Assembly: GCA_902767785.1 (NCBI GenBank)
Contig: CACXIR010000004.1
Location: 1-63,370, forward strand
Direction of reading: 5' to 3'
DNA from: Fibrobacter succinogenes
GTDB taxonomy: Bacteria; Fibrobacterota; Fibrobacteria; Fibrobacterales; Fibrobacteraceae
DNA: 63,370 nucleotides
Made by a program: the position numbers and the translations under genes. Positions within the stretch are counted from its first letter, which is position 1. Each line of letters starts with the position of its first letter. The notes beneath the pieces are model-generated. The model did no database searches and was not told the DNA's origin. It saw only the letters and a list, made by a program, of their open reading frames with translations. Below are positions 48,743 to 58,758 of this stretch, piece after piece.

Positions 48743-50224
48743 TTATTTCTTTTTACGTGAATAATTCTGCTTGCTAAAGCCTTGCTTCCAGAACGTAAAC
48801 AAAATCAACAGCAACACGACAACGTATATGACGCCCTTTTCCACCAATCCGATATTCCAGACCGTATTGATGGCGGCATAAAGAATCATCAAGCTGAAAA
48901 TCCAAAGCCCCTGAACCCACAGGTATTTTTTATAGGGCCAGTATCCCATTTTTTTCAGGTAGATGTTCATCCAGATACATTGCATAATCTGGTAAAGCAT
49001 CGAAGACAAGGCAGCACCGGCTATTCCAAACAAAGGAATCAGGAGCCAGTTCAGCGCGACGGCAACAAACAGCGATACAACGTTCATCACAAATAGGAAG
49101 CTGCTCTTTCCGAGCCCATTGATAACGGACCCCGACAATCCGAACAGGCCGTTGATGAGGTTCCCGATCATCAAGATGCCAAGCACCATTGCTGGGTTTT
49201 CCTTTGAGATAAAGGACTTGCCAGCAATCATCATGGTCTGCTCGGGGAACAAGACGATGAAGAAACCGATTCCCAGCTGGATCAAGGTCACCATCGACAC
49301 GCAATATGAAAAGACGGGCTTCAAATCCGTTTCCAGGCGGTCGCGGCTCATCCCCGCAACTACGGGTGTCAAGATTGGCTGGTAGCTACGGCGAATTACC
49401 TTCAGCCCGTTGGAAATGGTCACCATGACCGCGTAAATGCCGGCCGCCTCGGGGCCAATCATCGCAAGGACCATCCACAAGTCCACACGGAGTAGGAAGG
49501 CTCCCACGACCTCGGAAAAGCCGATAGGCAGAGAGAACTTTAAAAGTTCTTCTGGAATCTTCTTCCTGATAAACCACTTGATGTCGGGGAACTGGAACCT
49601 TATCAGGAACACGTAAACAACCGCACCCAGCATATTGGCGATGAAGAGGCCAAGCGGCAAGGCGATATTGTCGTTCACTTTGGCAAAGTGCAGGACCAAT
49701 GCTATCATCGGGGCCAAGCTGGAAATGGCAAAATCGTTGATGAAAATCTTATATTGCGGATGGCGGTTCCCTTCGGAAGCTCCGCCGAAAAGCAATTGCA
49801 TGGTATACGGTGCAATGGAAAGAGCGTAAAGCGAAATTTCTATCGATGAAAGCATCGATAGTCCCGTGAAGAATCGCTGCAAGTCAAAATAGGAGCCGAG
49901 CCATATGGCCACGGATATGAGCAGGCCGACAAATAGGGCGACATGCAGCGATTCAATGATTCCCTCGTGAGTAGGGCGTCCACAGACTTTGTTTTGTGGC
50001 AGGTAGCGATGCAGGCCGTAATCCAGGCCAAACACCGAAACGCGGCACAGAGTAAGGATAAGCAACTGCGTAGAGACATATATGCCGAATAGTTCCTTGC
50101 CGAACACACGCGCGATGACCACCGTAAAGACCGGGGCAAGAATCTTCAATATCGTCCCCAGAACGGAGTACAACGTTCCCTTCATCAGAAATTTTTTGTC
50201 TTCCTGTATAGAGGTGTCGCTCAT
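48743..50224 (-). CDS. Oligosaccharide flippase (Wzx/MOP family)
   Basis: IARVFGKELFGIY, VDLWMV...AGIYAV, LNWLLIPLFGIAGAA. Confidence 0.85.
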   Translation of the reverse strand: MSDTSIQEDKKFLMKGTLYSVLGTILKILAPVFTVVIARVFGKELFGIYVSTQLLILTLCRVSVFGLDYGLHRYLPQNKVCGRPTHEGIIESLHVALFVGLLISVAIWLGSYFDLQRFFTGLSMLSSIEISLYALSIAPYTMQLLFGGASEGNRHPQYKIFINDFAISSLAPMIALVLHFAKVNDNIALPLGLFIANMLGAVVYVFLIRFQFPDIKWFIRKKIPEELLKFSLPIGFSEVVGAFLLRVDLWMVLAMIGPEAAGIYAVMVTISNGLKVIRRSYQPILTPVVAGMSRDRLETDLKPVFSYCVSMVTLIQLGIGFFIVLFPEQTMMIAGKSFISKENPAMVLGILMIGNLINGLFGLSGSVINGLGKSSFLFVMNVVSLFVAVALNWLLIPLFGIAGAALSSMLYQIMQCIWMNIYLKKMGYWPYKKYLWVQGLWIFSLMILYAAINTVWNIGLVEKGVIYVVVLLLILFTFWKQGFSKQNYSRKKK

Positions 50225-51183
50225 ATTATGCCCAGCCGATTCATAAGTCGGCAAAGATTTGGAAATTGTCGGTACAGGAAAAAGAGGGGGAAAGACTTTT
50301 TCTCATCCAATGTTTTGGGAGCCCCCCAAAAGAAGCTTTTGGCGGATTGAATCACTTCTAAAGAAGAATCGTCTATGTTTTGCTGTTCTTTAATCTTGAG
50401 GAAAAAATCCTTTTTCATTAGCGGATGCGGTTCTTTACGCCCGTCTATCCCTGTGCTGAAAAAGTGAATGATTTTAGAATGGCAAAGTATTGGATAGATG
50501 GTCTTTACGCGGTATAGGTGGTTGTAAGCTTCCCGAATTTGGCAATTCCACTGGCCGGGCAATTCTTTGATGGGTTGGTTCAGAAGCTTGTTTACTTCGT
50601 TGAAAGATAGCTGGTCAGTGAAAATCCCTTTTTCGGCACATTGCTTGTAAAGGCTATGCCACTTTGAAAAGAAATTTCGTGCTGCATCGTTGTCACGTGC
50701 AAAAATAACGCCGCTGTTGAAATACTTGTCGCCAAAAGAAAGGGAAAAATTCATTTTTTCCTTGTTGGCTCTCATTTTTTTATGTTTCAAGTGGTATTTG
50801 TCGTTTTCAACGGAGTGCAAGTCGGTTACGGCATAAATGCTTTCATTGCCATTCGAGAAATTCGGTTCTAGCTTATCTACAACAGCGGTATCTCCATCAA
50901 TGAAAAGGAAATCCCCGTCAACCAAATTGCGCATATTCGTTTTCAGGTATCTTGAGCGTACTTGATTGGATAGATTTTCGTCGTAGGGAATAGCTTTATA
51001 CTCGTCTACCTGTTTCTTGATTTCGCCCCTGAAGCCTACCAGGTTCCTGTCGGTCTTGTCGTCAACCAAAAGCGATATAAATGCGTCTGGGTTGTAATGG
51101 CGGAGGGAAAGGACCGAGGCTAGGGTTTGCTCGTAATAAATGTCCTTTTCTTCGCTGACAAGTACGTACAAGAATTTTGTCAT
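50221..51183 (-). CDS. Glycosyltransferase (GT8-like), paralog of 46632-47669
   Basis: MTKFLYVLVS, LFIDGD, FNSGV, DQ, WNCQ, IIHFF. Confidence 0.78.
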   Translation of the reverse strand: MTKFLYVLVSEEKDIYYEQTLASVLSLRHYNPDAFISLLVDDKTDRNLVGFRGEIKKQVDEYKAIPYDENLSNQVRSRYLKTNMRNLVDGDFLFIDGDTAVVDKLEPNFSNGNESIYAVTDLHSVENDKYHLKHKKMRANKEKMNFSLSFGDKYFNSGVIFARDNDAARNFFSKWHSLYKQCAEKGIFTDQLSFNEVNKLLNQPIKELPGQWNCQIREAYNHLYRVKTIYPILCHSKIIHFFSTGIDGRKEPHPLMKKDFFLKIKEQQNIDDSSLEVIQSAKSFFWGAPKTLDEKKSFPLFFLYRQFPNLCRLMNRLGII

Positions 51184-51369
51184 CCAGCTTCCTAGTAAAT
51201 CCCCATTTCTCCAAATATATATATATTCGTAGCCCTTCCACGGCCCGCTGGACTGATTCCCGCTAAACTGCAACCGTTTCCCGATAACAGGGGTATTTTA
51301 GGGGCTTAATTGGTACGAAAAACGGCCTAATTTCAAATAATGGGCGCAAAATATTTGTACTTTGTACAT

Positions 51370-52005
51370 ATGGCACGATTTTTGCTAAAACATGGACTTT
51401 CTCCCCTTGGGGCGTTCCTGGGCCTGTCGTGCGTTCTCTTTCTGCTTTGCGGTTGCACAGAAATCGAAGAGGAAAAACCTTGGATTCATGTAGACCGCCC
51501 GCAAATGCTTTTTACCGATACCACGCTCATGGATAGCTACGACAAGGGCGTGCTGAGTTGGAAACTCAAGACGGCTTATCTGGAACGCTGGGCCGACAAG
51601 GATGAGGTTTTTGTCCGCCCTGTGTTGGTGGATATTTACGATTCCCTGGGGGAACGATCCGCCTTTTTGCGCGCGGATTCTGGCCGGTTGGACATGAAGT
51701 TCACCTATGTTTATGCCTATGGGCATGTTTACGCTCTTACTCCCAAGGGGGCGTCCGTTCGTGCAGATTCCCTTTTGTGGAACAAGAGGGACAACCTGGT
51801 CAAGACCGACAGCTATGTGCGGGTAGTGTCCGAAGAGGGCGACGTATTGCAGGGCAAGGGCTTTGAAAGCGATGCAAAAATGGATAATTGGAAAATCCTT
51901 TCCAATATCACGGGCATTTTCCAGGATGCCGCTAACCGGATCAAGGAAGAGGACAAGGCTAAGGCCGAAGAAATCGAAAAACGGGATTCCGTGGAGAAAA
52001 AATGA
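51370..52005 (+). CDS. lptC: LPS export ABC transporter periplasmic protein LptC
   Basis: N-terminal anchor, beta-jellyroll-like ADSLLW...LQGKGFESD; operon position. Confidence 0.8.
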   Translation: MARFLLKHGLSPLGAFLGLSCVLFLLCGCTEIEEEKPWIHVDRPQMLFTDTTLMDSYDKGVLSWKLKTAYLERWADKDEVFVRPVLVDIYDSLGERSAFLRADSGRLDMKFTYVYAYGHVYALTPKGASVRADSLLWNKRDNLVKTDSYVRVVSEEGDVLQGKGFESDAKMDNWKILSNITGIFQDAANRIKEEDKAKAEEIEKRDSVEKK

Positions 52006-53333
52006 GTTCCTCCTTGATAAAAGCATTGCTCTTGCTGCTGGCACCGTTGGCCTGCGTTTTTGCGCAGACGTCGCCGCTTATCATGAAGCATGCGGACAAT
52101 TTGGAGGTGGCTCGTGTCCGCGGTAATTTGCTTTTGCAGGGAAAGGTCCATTTTGTTCACGACAGCCTGGATTTCAAAACGGAAAAGGCGACCTGGAACA
52201 AAGATGCCGAAGTGCTGCAGTGTGAAGGCGGTTTCTTGGCGGCACACCCTTCGGGTTATATCCGCGCTCAGAGTGGCGTCTACCAAAAGAAACAGGGTAT
52301 TGCTACCGCCAAAGGTAAGGTGTCGGCAGCCGATTCGCAAAAAACCTACATGTTTACGGGGGAATACCTGGTTTACGACCGGGAAAAAGAAATCCTCACC
52401 ATGCCGGACAAGCCCAGGCTTTATCAGTTCGAAAAGAAAAAAGACGGCAAGATAGACACGGTTGTCATTGAGGCCAAGAAGATTATTTACAACAAGGGCG
52501 ACTCCTATGCCGAAGCCTTCCAAAATGTGAAGGTGACTCAAGACGACATGGTGGTGACGTGCGATACGGGATATTTCAATCGCAAAGACAACTGGCTTTC
52601 TATGAAGGGCAACCCCACCTTTGATATGAAGAATTATCACTTGACGGGGGATTCGATTTTTTTGGAGCTGGATTCGGCGGGGAAGTCGTTAAAGTCTGCA
52701 CTGGTTATCCGCAATGCCCATGGGGTGCAAAAAGAAGAGGGTAAGCGGAATGCTCCCGGAAGCGTTACGGAAGCGTTTGGCGATACCCTCTATGCGGCTT
52801 TTAACGACAACAAGATTGAGCGGCTTTATGTGAATTTGAATGCCCGCGGGTTCTTTTTTGAGACGGACCTTCCCGACTACCGAAACTTGATGGACGGCAA
52901 CCGGCTGGACATGTACTTTAATGAGGGAAAAATGGACCGCGCCGTTGTTTCGGGAAAGGCGCAAAGCACGTATTTCTATGTCAAGAAGGACAGGTCTGTT
53001 GCAGGGAAAAACGAGGCTGCGGGGGATACCATCAACATCCTGTTTGATGCCCAGAAAAATGCCGTCAAATCCTTGAAATTATTGGGACGCGGAACCATGG
53101 CCAGTGGCCGCTACATCGACATGGAAAAGGAACAGCGGAACAAGAAAGCCCTGTTGGACAAGGTTGATTCTACAGTATCCGATACTGCAAAGGCCGATAC
53201 GGCTAAGGATGTTTCCAAGGGATCTGTCCAGGAAAAATTGATGAACGAGGATTCCAAGAGGGGAAAGCTTTTCCGCCAAGCCATAGAATCCAAGAAAGCT
53301 GAAAAACAGCCAAGAAAAGAGGATGCGAAATGA
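52002..53333 (+). CDS. OstA/LptA-like protein
   Basis: Signal peptide, repeated beta-jellyroll segments; between lptC and lptB. Confidence 0.7.
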   Translation: MSSSLIKALLLLLAPLACVFAQTSPLIMKHADNLEVARVRGNLLLQGKVHFVHDSLDFKTEKATWNKDAEVLQCEGGFLAAHPSGYIRAQSGVYQKKQGIATAKGKVSAADSQKTYMFTGEYLVYDREKEILTMPDKPRLYQFEKKKDGKIDTVVIEAKKIIYNKGDSYAEAFQNVKVTQDDMVVTCDTGYFNRKDNWLSMKGNPTFDMKNYHLTGDSIFLELDSAGKSLKSALVIRNAHGVQKEEGKRNAPGSVTEAFGDTLYAAFNDNKIERLYVNLNARGFFFETDLPDYRNLMDGNRLDMYFNEGKMDRAVVSGKAQSTYFYVKKDRSVAGKNEAAGDTINILFDAQKNAVKSLKLLGRGTMASGRYIDMEKEQRNKKALLDKVDSTVSDTAKADTAKDVSKGSVQEKLMNEDSKRGKLFRQAIESKKAEKQPRKEDAK

Positions 53334-54067
53334 GAAGTCTAGTCAGCACCATCCGTACAGACAAGTTGCGCAAGGTTTACGGCGGCCGCCAGGTCGTGAG
53401 CAACGTTTCCATCAGCGTCTCCCAAGGCGAGGTGGTTGGGCTTTTAGGTCCTAACGGCGCCGGCAAAACAACCTCTTTCTACATGATTGTGGGCATGGTC
53501 CGCCCCGACTCTGGCCACATCTACCTAGATGACATCGAGATGACGGACAAGCCTATGTACAAGCGGGCCCGCCTTGGCGTGGGTTACCTTCCGCAAGAGG
53601 CCTCCATTTTCCGCAAGCTTTCCGTAGAAGACAACATCATGGCCATCTTGGAGACCCAGGACATGAAGCGGGCCCAGCGCAAAAAGCGTCTGGAAGAGCT
53701 TCTGGAAGAATTCAAGATTACCCATATCCGCAAAACAAAATCTTATAGTTGCTCCGGTGGTGAACGCAGGCGTTTGGAAATTGCGCGTGCCCTTGCCAGC
53801 GACCCCTCCTTCTTGCTATTGGACGAACCCTTCGCGGGCATTGACCCCATTGCCGTGGCCGATATCCAGTCCATTATTTCAGACCTAAAGGAAAAGGGCA
53901 TGGGCATCCTTATTACCGACCACAACGTTCGCGAAACCCTCTCCATTACAGACCGGGCCTACATCATGTACAAGAGCCAGGTCCTTACCGAGGGAACCGC
54001 GGAATACTTGGCCAACGACCCCGAGGCAAGGCGAATCTACCTCGGCGACAGCTTTAGGCTGGACTAG
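53330..54067 (+). CDS. lptB: LPS export ABC transporter ATP-binding protein
   Basis: [53 protein letters not shown]. Confidence 0.95.
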   Translation: MRSLVSTIRTDKLRKVYGGRQVVSNVSISVSQGEVVGLLGPNGAGKTTSFYMIVGMVRPDSGHIYLDDIEMTDKPMYKRARLGVGYLPQEASIFRKLSVEDNIMAILETQDMKRAQRKKRLEELLEEFKITHIRKTKSYSCSGGERRRLEIARALASDPSFLLLDEPFAGIDPIAVADIQSIISDLKEKGMGILITDHNVRETLSITDRAYIMYKSQVLTEGTAEYLANDPEARRIYLGDSFRLD

Positions 54068-54075
54068 GAGCGTTC

Positions 54076-55725
54076 ATGGAAGTCGGGATGCACCTAGGTC
54101 AGAGTCAGCGTCTGGAGCAGAACCTTTCTCCCCAGATGTTGCAGTCCATTGGGATTTTGCAAAAAAATTCCCTGGAGCTGGAAACGGCTATCAAGGAAGA
54201 GGTGGAGGCCAACCCCATGCTGGAATGGGACGAGGAGCCTCTGGGCGAATCCTTGGATACTCCTGCAGAAGCGGAACAAAATGGTGATAGCGATTATACC
54301 CAAGATTCTGCTGGCGACGAGAATGATTTTTCTGCAGGGACTTTGGATTTTGAACGGGGAACTTTGGAAGACAGTGCCGACGTGGATCGTGGGCTTTTAG
54401 ATGGTTCCACCCCCTCGGAGCTGAATTGGGCCCAGTATCTGGAAGACGGTACGGACCATACGGATGCCCTTTATAGGGAACCGGGAATTTCTCAGAAGGA
54501 CCCCGACGATGCTTGGGACCGCCCGCAAAAAGACAGGGACGCAAGCCTGCAGGATCGCCTGCTCTCGCAGTTGCGGGAATGGAACGGCACTCATGAATTG
54601 CTTTCCCAGCTGAAGCACGCTCACTGCCCCGAAGAACGTTTTCGGGAACTGGTGGAATACCTTATCGATTCTTTGGACGAGAATGGTTTTTTGCAGGGCG
54701 CCGACGAGATGGCCATGGCAAAGGTCCTTTCGGACAATGACCCCCTCATTGTCGAAATTGAAAAGGTGATACGGGGCGAGATTCCTTTGGAAAAGGCGAG
54801 CCTCCCTGTGTCCGAAGCGTTTCATGTGTTGCAGGGATTCAAGCCCCGCGGCATAGGCGCCCGGAACATGCAAGAGAGTTTCCTTATACAGGCCCGTGCC
54901 ATTCCCGAATTCCCCGAATTGGGAATCAAGATCCTGGAGGATTGTTTTGAAGACCTGATGGCGCTGCGCTACGCAAAGATTGCAAAGGACTTGGGGACTA
55001 CCACCGACCAGGTGCAATTGGCGGTAACGGGTTTCTCTAAGCTCGCGCCCCACCCGGGACTCCAGATTTCTGCAACGCCCAGCCAAATCAAGGTGGCCGA
55101 CATGCGGGTGGTGGAAAAACGGGGTCATTTCGAGGTGGAATGCTACAAGAAGAACGTGCAGAAAAGGCTCCACCTGAACAGCACCTACGTATCGCTTTTG
55201 AACGAGCGTGGCTTGAGCAAGTCCGACCGCGAGTACATCCAGAACAACTTGAACAAGGCCAAGGAATTTATCAAGGCGGTGGACAACCGTTTTTCCACCA
55301 TGGAAAAAGTCATGATGGCCATCGTCAAGCGTCAGGAGAACTTCTTCCGTCAGGGCCCCGCTTTCTTGAAACCCATGACACTGCAAGACATTGCCGACGA
55401 GGTGGGGCGCGACTTGAGTACCATCAGCCGCGTTACCAATGGGAAGTACGTGGATACGCCCTATGGCATCTACGAGTTGAAGCAGTTTTTTACTTCTGGG
55501 GTGAAGCAGGGGGAGGCCGAGGATTCCGATGTGGTGGGTTCCGCACAAATCCTTTCTGCTATCAAAAAGCTGGTGGACGAAGAAAACAAGAAAAAGCCGC
55601 TCTCGGACCAAGCCATTGCCGATGCCTTGGAAAAGGAGGGCATAAAGGTTGCCCGGCGGACCGTGGCAAAATACCGGGAAGAGGAGCTAAAAATACTTCC
55701 GGCAAGGCTCCGGAAAACGATATAG
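54076..55725 (+). CDS. rpoN: RNA polymerase sigma-54 factor
   Basis: LKPMTLQDIA, STISRV, RpoN box ARRTVAKYRE. Confidence 0.95.
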   Translation: MEVGMHLGQSQRLEQNLSPQMLQSIGILQKNSLELETAIKEEVEANPMLEWDEEPLGESLDTPAEAEQNGDSDYTQDSAGDENDFSAGTLDFERGTLEDSADVDRGLLDGSTPSELNWAQYLEDGTDHTDALYREPGISQKDPDDAWDRPQKDRDASLQDRLLSQLREWNGTHELLSQLKHAHCPEERFRELVEYLIDSLDENGFLQGADEMAMAKVLSDNDPLIVEIEKVIRGEIPLEKASLPVSEAFHVLQGFKPRGIGARNMQESFLIQARAIPEFPELGIKILEDCFEDLMALRYAKIAKDLGTTTDQVQLAVTGFSKLAPHPGLQISATPSQIKVADMRVVEKRGHFEVECYKKNVQKRLHLNSTYVSLLNERGLSKSDREYIQNNLNKAKEFIKAVDNRFSTMEKVMMAIVKRQENFFRQGPAFLKPMTLQDIADEVGRDLSTISRVTNGKYVDTPYGIYELKQFFTSGVKQGEAEDSDVVGSAQILSAIKKLVDEENKKKPLSDQAIADALEKEGIKVARRTVAKYREEELKILPARLRKTI

Positions 55726-55898
55726 TGGCCGATCTAGCCTTGATTGTAAACAATAGTTTACAAAAATGCGGATTAAAGCCAGTCTTTATTCCAAATTGGG
55801 CGGTTTTATACACAAAAAAAATCATAAATGGTTGTTTTTTTCAAAAAAAAAGATGTATATACTCTAGATGTTCCATCTCAACTTACGGAGGTCATAAT

Positions 55899-56216
55899 AT
55901 GGATATTCAATTTTCTGCTCGCCACTTTAACGCATCTGCCGGTCTTCAGGACCGCATTCAAGAAGAAATGGACAAGTTGGCAAAGTTCTACCCCAACATT
56001 ACCGGGGCCTCCGTTATTTTGGATCACGAAGTAGAACACCAGCGCCATTGCGAAATTTCCGTGAACATCACGGGTTCTGTGGTGGTGGCGTCTGCCGACG
56101 AAGAGAATATGGGCAAGGCTGTGGATGTAGCACTGGAAAGGGTCAAGACGCAGCTGAAAAAGGCCAACGACAAGCAGAACGATCACCGCGCACAGCCCCT
56201 TTCTGATTTGTCCTAA
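55899..56216 (+). CDS. hpf: Ribosome hibernation factor HPF/RaiA
   Basis: GGAGG RBS; MDIQFSARHF...ENMGKAVDVALERVKTQLKK; follows rpoN. Confidence 0.88.
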   Translation: MDIQFSARHFNASAGLQDRIQEEMDKLAKFYPNITGASVILDHEVEHQRHCEISVNITGSVVVASADEENMGKAVDVALERVKTQLKKANDKQNDHRAQPLSDLS

Positions 56217-57247
56217 TGGCAGAATCCAGATTGAAAGACATCAAAGTTTTGCACCGGAAAAAACTTCCGGTGCGAGACTTTTTTTTCCGTTACGGCAATG
56301 ACCTGCAACTTGCCCTCCATTCTCCAGAAGAGGACTTGAATACGGACATTGCTGAAAGCGGAATCCACCGGCCGGGTCTCGCCATGGCGGGTTATACCAA
56401 GGTGTACAGTTCCGAGCAAATTCAGGTGGTGGGCCACACGGAGTGGAACTACCTGGAATCCTTGGGAACGGCAGGCCGCGTCAAGGTTTTTGAAAGCCTT
56501 TCCGTGTTTCATGCACCCATGTGGGTGGTGACTCATGCTCAATTGCCGCATCCCGAACTCAGGGCCATGTGCAGCAAGCTCCACATTCCGCTTTTCTCTA
56601 CCACGCTCCACACTTATGAATTCAACAAGATTGCTCAGCGCATCTTGGAAGAATTTTTTGCTCCCCATGCCATAATCCATGGAAGCCTTGTTGACGTTTA
56701 CGGCATAGGCATGCTTTTCGTGGGCGATAGCAATGTGGGCAAGTCCGAGTGCGTGTTGGATTTGGTGGAAAGCGGGCACCGCATGGTGGCAGACGATGTA
56801 GTCCACGTGTGCCATATGGGCAATGTCATTATCGGCCGGCCCGACCCCTTGATCCGCCATCACATGGAAATTCGTGGGGTGGGGATTCTGGATATCCAGT
56901 CCATGTTCGGCATTCATGCTATTCGCAAGGCAAAAAAGGTGGAAGTCATTGTGGAACTTCAGCCTTGGAGCCAGAATGTTTCTTATGAGCGGACGGGCCT
57001 TAACGAGCAAGACGAAATCGTTATGGGGGTGTCTATCCCCAAGATCGTTATTCCCGTTTCTCCGGGCAAGAACCTTACGGTGATTTGCGAAGTGATCGCC
57101 ATGAACGCCCTTATGAAAATGAACGGACGCAACGTGGCTCGAGAGTTTAACGACACCCTGATGAAAAAGATTAAGGCCAAGGCCAAGGGTGAATACAACG
57201 ACGACTTGCTGGAAATGGATCCGCAAACCTGGTCCCCCTATGAATAA
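56216..57247 (+). CDS. hprK: HPr kinase/phosphorylase
   Basis: RPGLAMAG, HGSLVDVYG, GDSNVGKSE, VADD, MEIRGVGI. Confidence 0.93.
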   Translation: MAESRLKDIKVLHRKKLPVRDFFFRYGNDLQLALHSPEEDLNTDIAESGIHRPGLAMAGYTKVYSSEQIQVVGHTEWNYLESLGTAGRVKVFESLSVFHAPMWVVTHAQLPHPELRAMCSKLHIPLFSTTLHTYEFNKIAQRILEEFFAPHAIIHGSLVDVYGIGMLFVGDSNVGKSECVLDLVESGHRMVADDVVHVCHMGNVIIGRPDPLIRHHMEIRGVGILDIQSMFGIHAIRKAKKVEVIVELQPWSQNVSYERTGLNEQDEIVMGVSIPKIVIPVSPGKNLTVICEVIAMNALMKMNGRNVAREFNDTLMKKIKAKAKGEYNDDLLEMDPQTWSPYE

Positions 57248-58157
57248 TTTTTATCGAAAAATTCGCTCTAATTTTTTCCCGGTAATAATTTTTTCGGCAA
57301 TCCTTTTAGGTTGCGGTTTGGCGTTGTACCTTTTCCACCCGGCCAGCCCTCATCATGACCGCTACAGTTTCGTGGTGCGTTATGAATCCATAGGGACCCT
57401 TTCTCCGGGCAACCGCGTAGAGGTTCGGGGCATTACCAAGGGCGAAATCACGAAGGTGGACCTGACGGAAGATGCCGTCTATGTCACGGCCCGGGTGCTT
57501 GCAAGTACCAAGATTCCCAAGAATTCGGAGTACCGCCTTAAAACTGCGGGGCTTATGGGCGAACGCGAACTGAGCGTGCTGACCGGGGATTCGAAGGACC
57601 TGATTGCCGACGGGGACACCGTCATTGGGTACTACGAGGAGGGTGCTAACGCAGTGGGAAAGAACCTGGCGATAATCCTTTCGGAGCTGGATTCCATAGC
57701 CACTGTCATAAAGAACGTGAAGGATACCTTGACGGTAGGTTCCACAGGCAAAAAGGCGGAACGCGTGCTTTCCAAGGCGGATAACCTTGTGGAAACGACT
57801 ACCGCCATGGTCCGTGAATGGGTTGGGGAGGCAGACAACCTGCTTGCCAAGTGCGAAGGAGTCCTGGACCAGGCTAAATCCGCCTTGGAACCTGTTCCTG
57901 GCCAGGCAGATGCTACGGTTCAGAAGGTTGATGGTCTTGTGGCAAAGCTGGACACCCTCTTGGACGAAGTCAAGGGACTCAAGAAGGAATTGGACGATAT
58001 CCTTTCTAAACTGGACAAGGACGACAATACGGCTGGGCTAATTTTGTCTAAAAAAGGTGCCATTTCAAAGGAATTGGGCGAGATAAGTGCCCACGTGGAT
58101 GCATTGATCAAGGATATCAAGAAATCGGGCTTGAAATTGAATGTGGATATTTTCTAA
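57240..58157 (+). CDS. MlaD/MCE family protein
   Basis: N-terminal TM, LSPGNRVEVRGITKGEI, GLMGE, helical tail. Confidence 0.82.
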   Translation: MNNFYRKIRSNFFPVIIFSAILLGCGLALYLFHPASPHHDRYSFVVRYESIGTLSPGNRVEVRGITKGEITKVDLTEDAVYVTARVLASTKIPKNSEYRLKTAGLMGERELSVLTGDSKDLIADGDTVIGYYEEGANAVGKNLAIILSELDSIATVIKNVKDTLTVGSTGKKAERVLSKADNLVETTTAMVREWVGEADNLLAKCEGVLDQAKSALEPVPGQADATVQKVDGLVAKLDTLLDEVKGLKKELDDILSKLDKDDNTAGLILSKKGAISKELGEISAHVDALIKDIKKSGLKLNVDIF

Positions 58158-58237
58158 AATTATGTCCTCTTTTTAAAAAAATAAGTTAGTTTAACACGAA
58201 ATAGATTTAGAAAGGGAACCCCAACAAGGAGCGAACT

Positions 58238-58711
58238 ATGGCTGAAAAGAAACAAGCAAAGATGAGTGCTGCCGATCTCAAGTTTTTTGAGGAGATGCTT
58301 GTGGAAAAGCGTCGCCAGCTGGTGACTGCCCAGAACGAGACGGAAAAGTCTAACGCTTTTCAAGGCCAGAAACACCAGTCCGGCGACGGTGGGGATTCCG
58401 ACAGTGCCGATTCCGCTACGGACTACAACGCCCTTGAAACTACCTTTTCCCTGGCTGCCCGCGAAGGAAAGTACCTGGTTTATTTGGAAGAAGCCCTTCA
58501 GCGCATTAAGAAAGGGACCTTTGGAGTGTGCAAGGTCTGCAAGCAGTTGATTCCCAAGGCCAGGCTTCTCGCTGTGCCTACCGCTACCAAGTGCGTGAAC
58601 TGCAAAGAAGAGACCAAGAAAAAGGAGCAGGAAATCAACCGTATCGAAATGGCCCGCCTCTTTGCCGAGGAGCAGCGCCGGGAGATGCTCAAGAAAAACT
58701 CCGGTCGCTAG
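58238..58711 (+). CDS. dksA: DksA/TraR C4 zinc-finger protein
   Basis: DSADSA coiled-coil tip, GTFGVCKVC...RLLAVPTATKCVNC. Confidence 0.85.
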   Translation: MAEKKQAKMSAADLKFFEEMLVEKRRQLVTAQNETEKSNAFQGQKHQSGDGGDSDSADSATDYNALETTFSLAAREGKYLVYLEEALQRIKKGTFGVCKVCKQLIPKARLLAVPTATKCVNCKEETKKKEQEINRIEMARLFAEEQRREMLKKNSGR

Positions 58712-58758
58712 GCGGATTGCAAAGGCAACCTTTTGCAACGGCCGTGCATCTAAAGGTC

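Noticed and set aside
55140-55898. 253-aa N-terminal extension of hpf in the ORF track
   Set aside because: Overlaps rpoN out of frame; a good GGAGG RBS precedes ATG 55899
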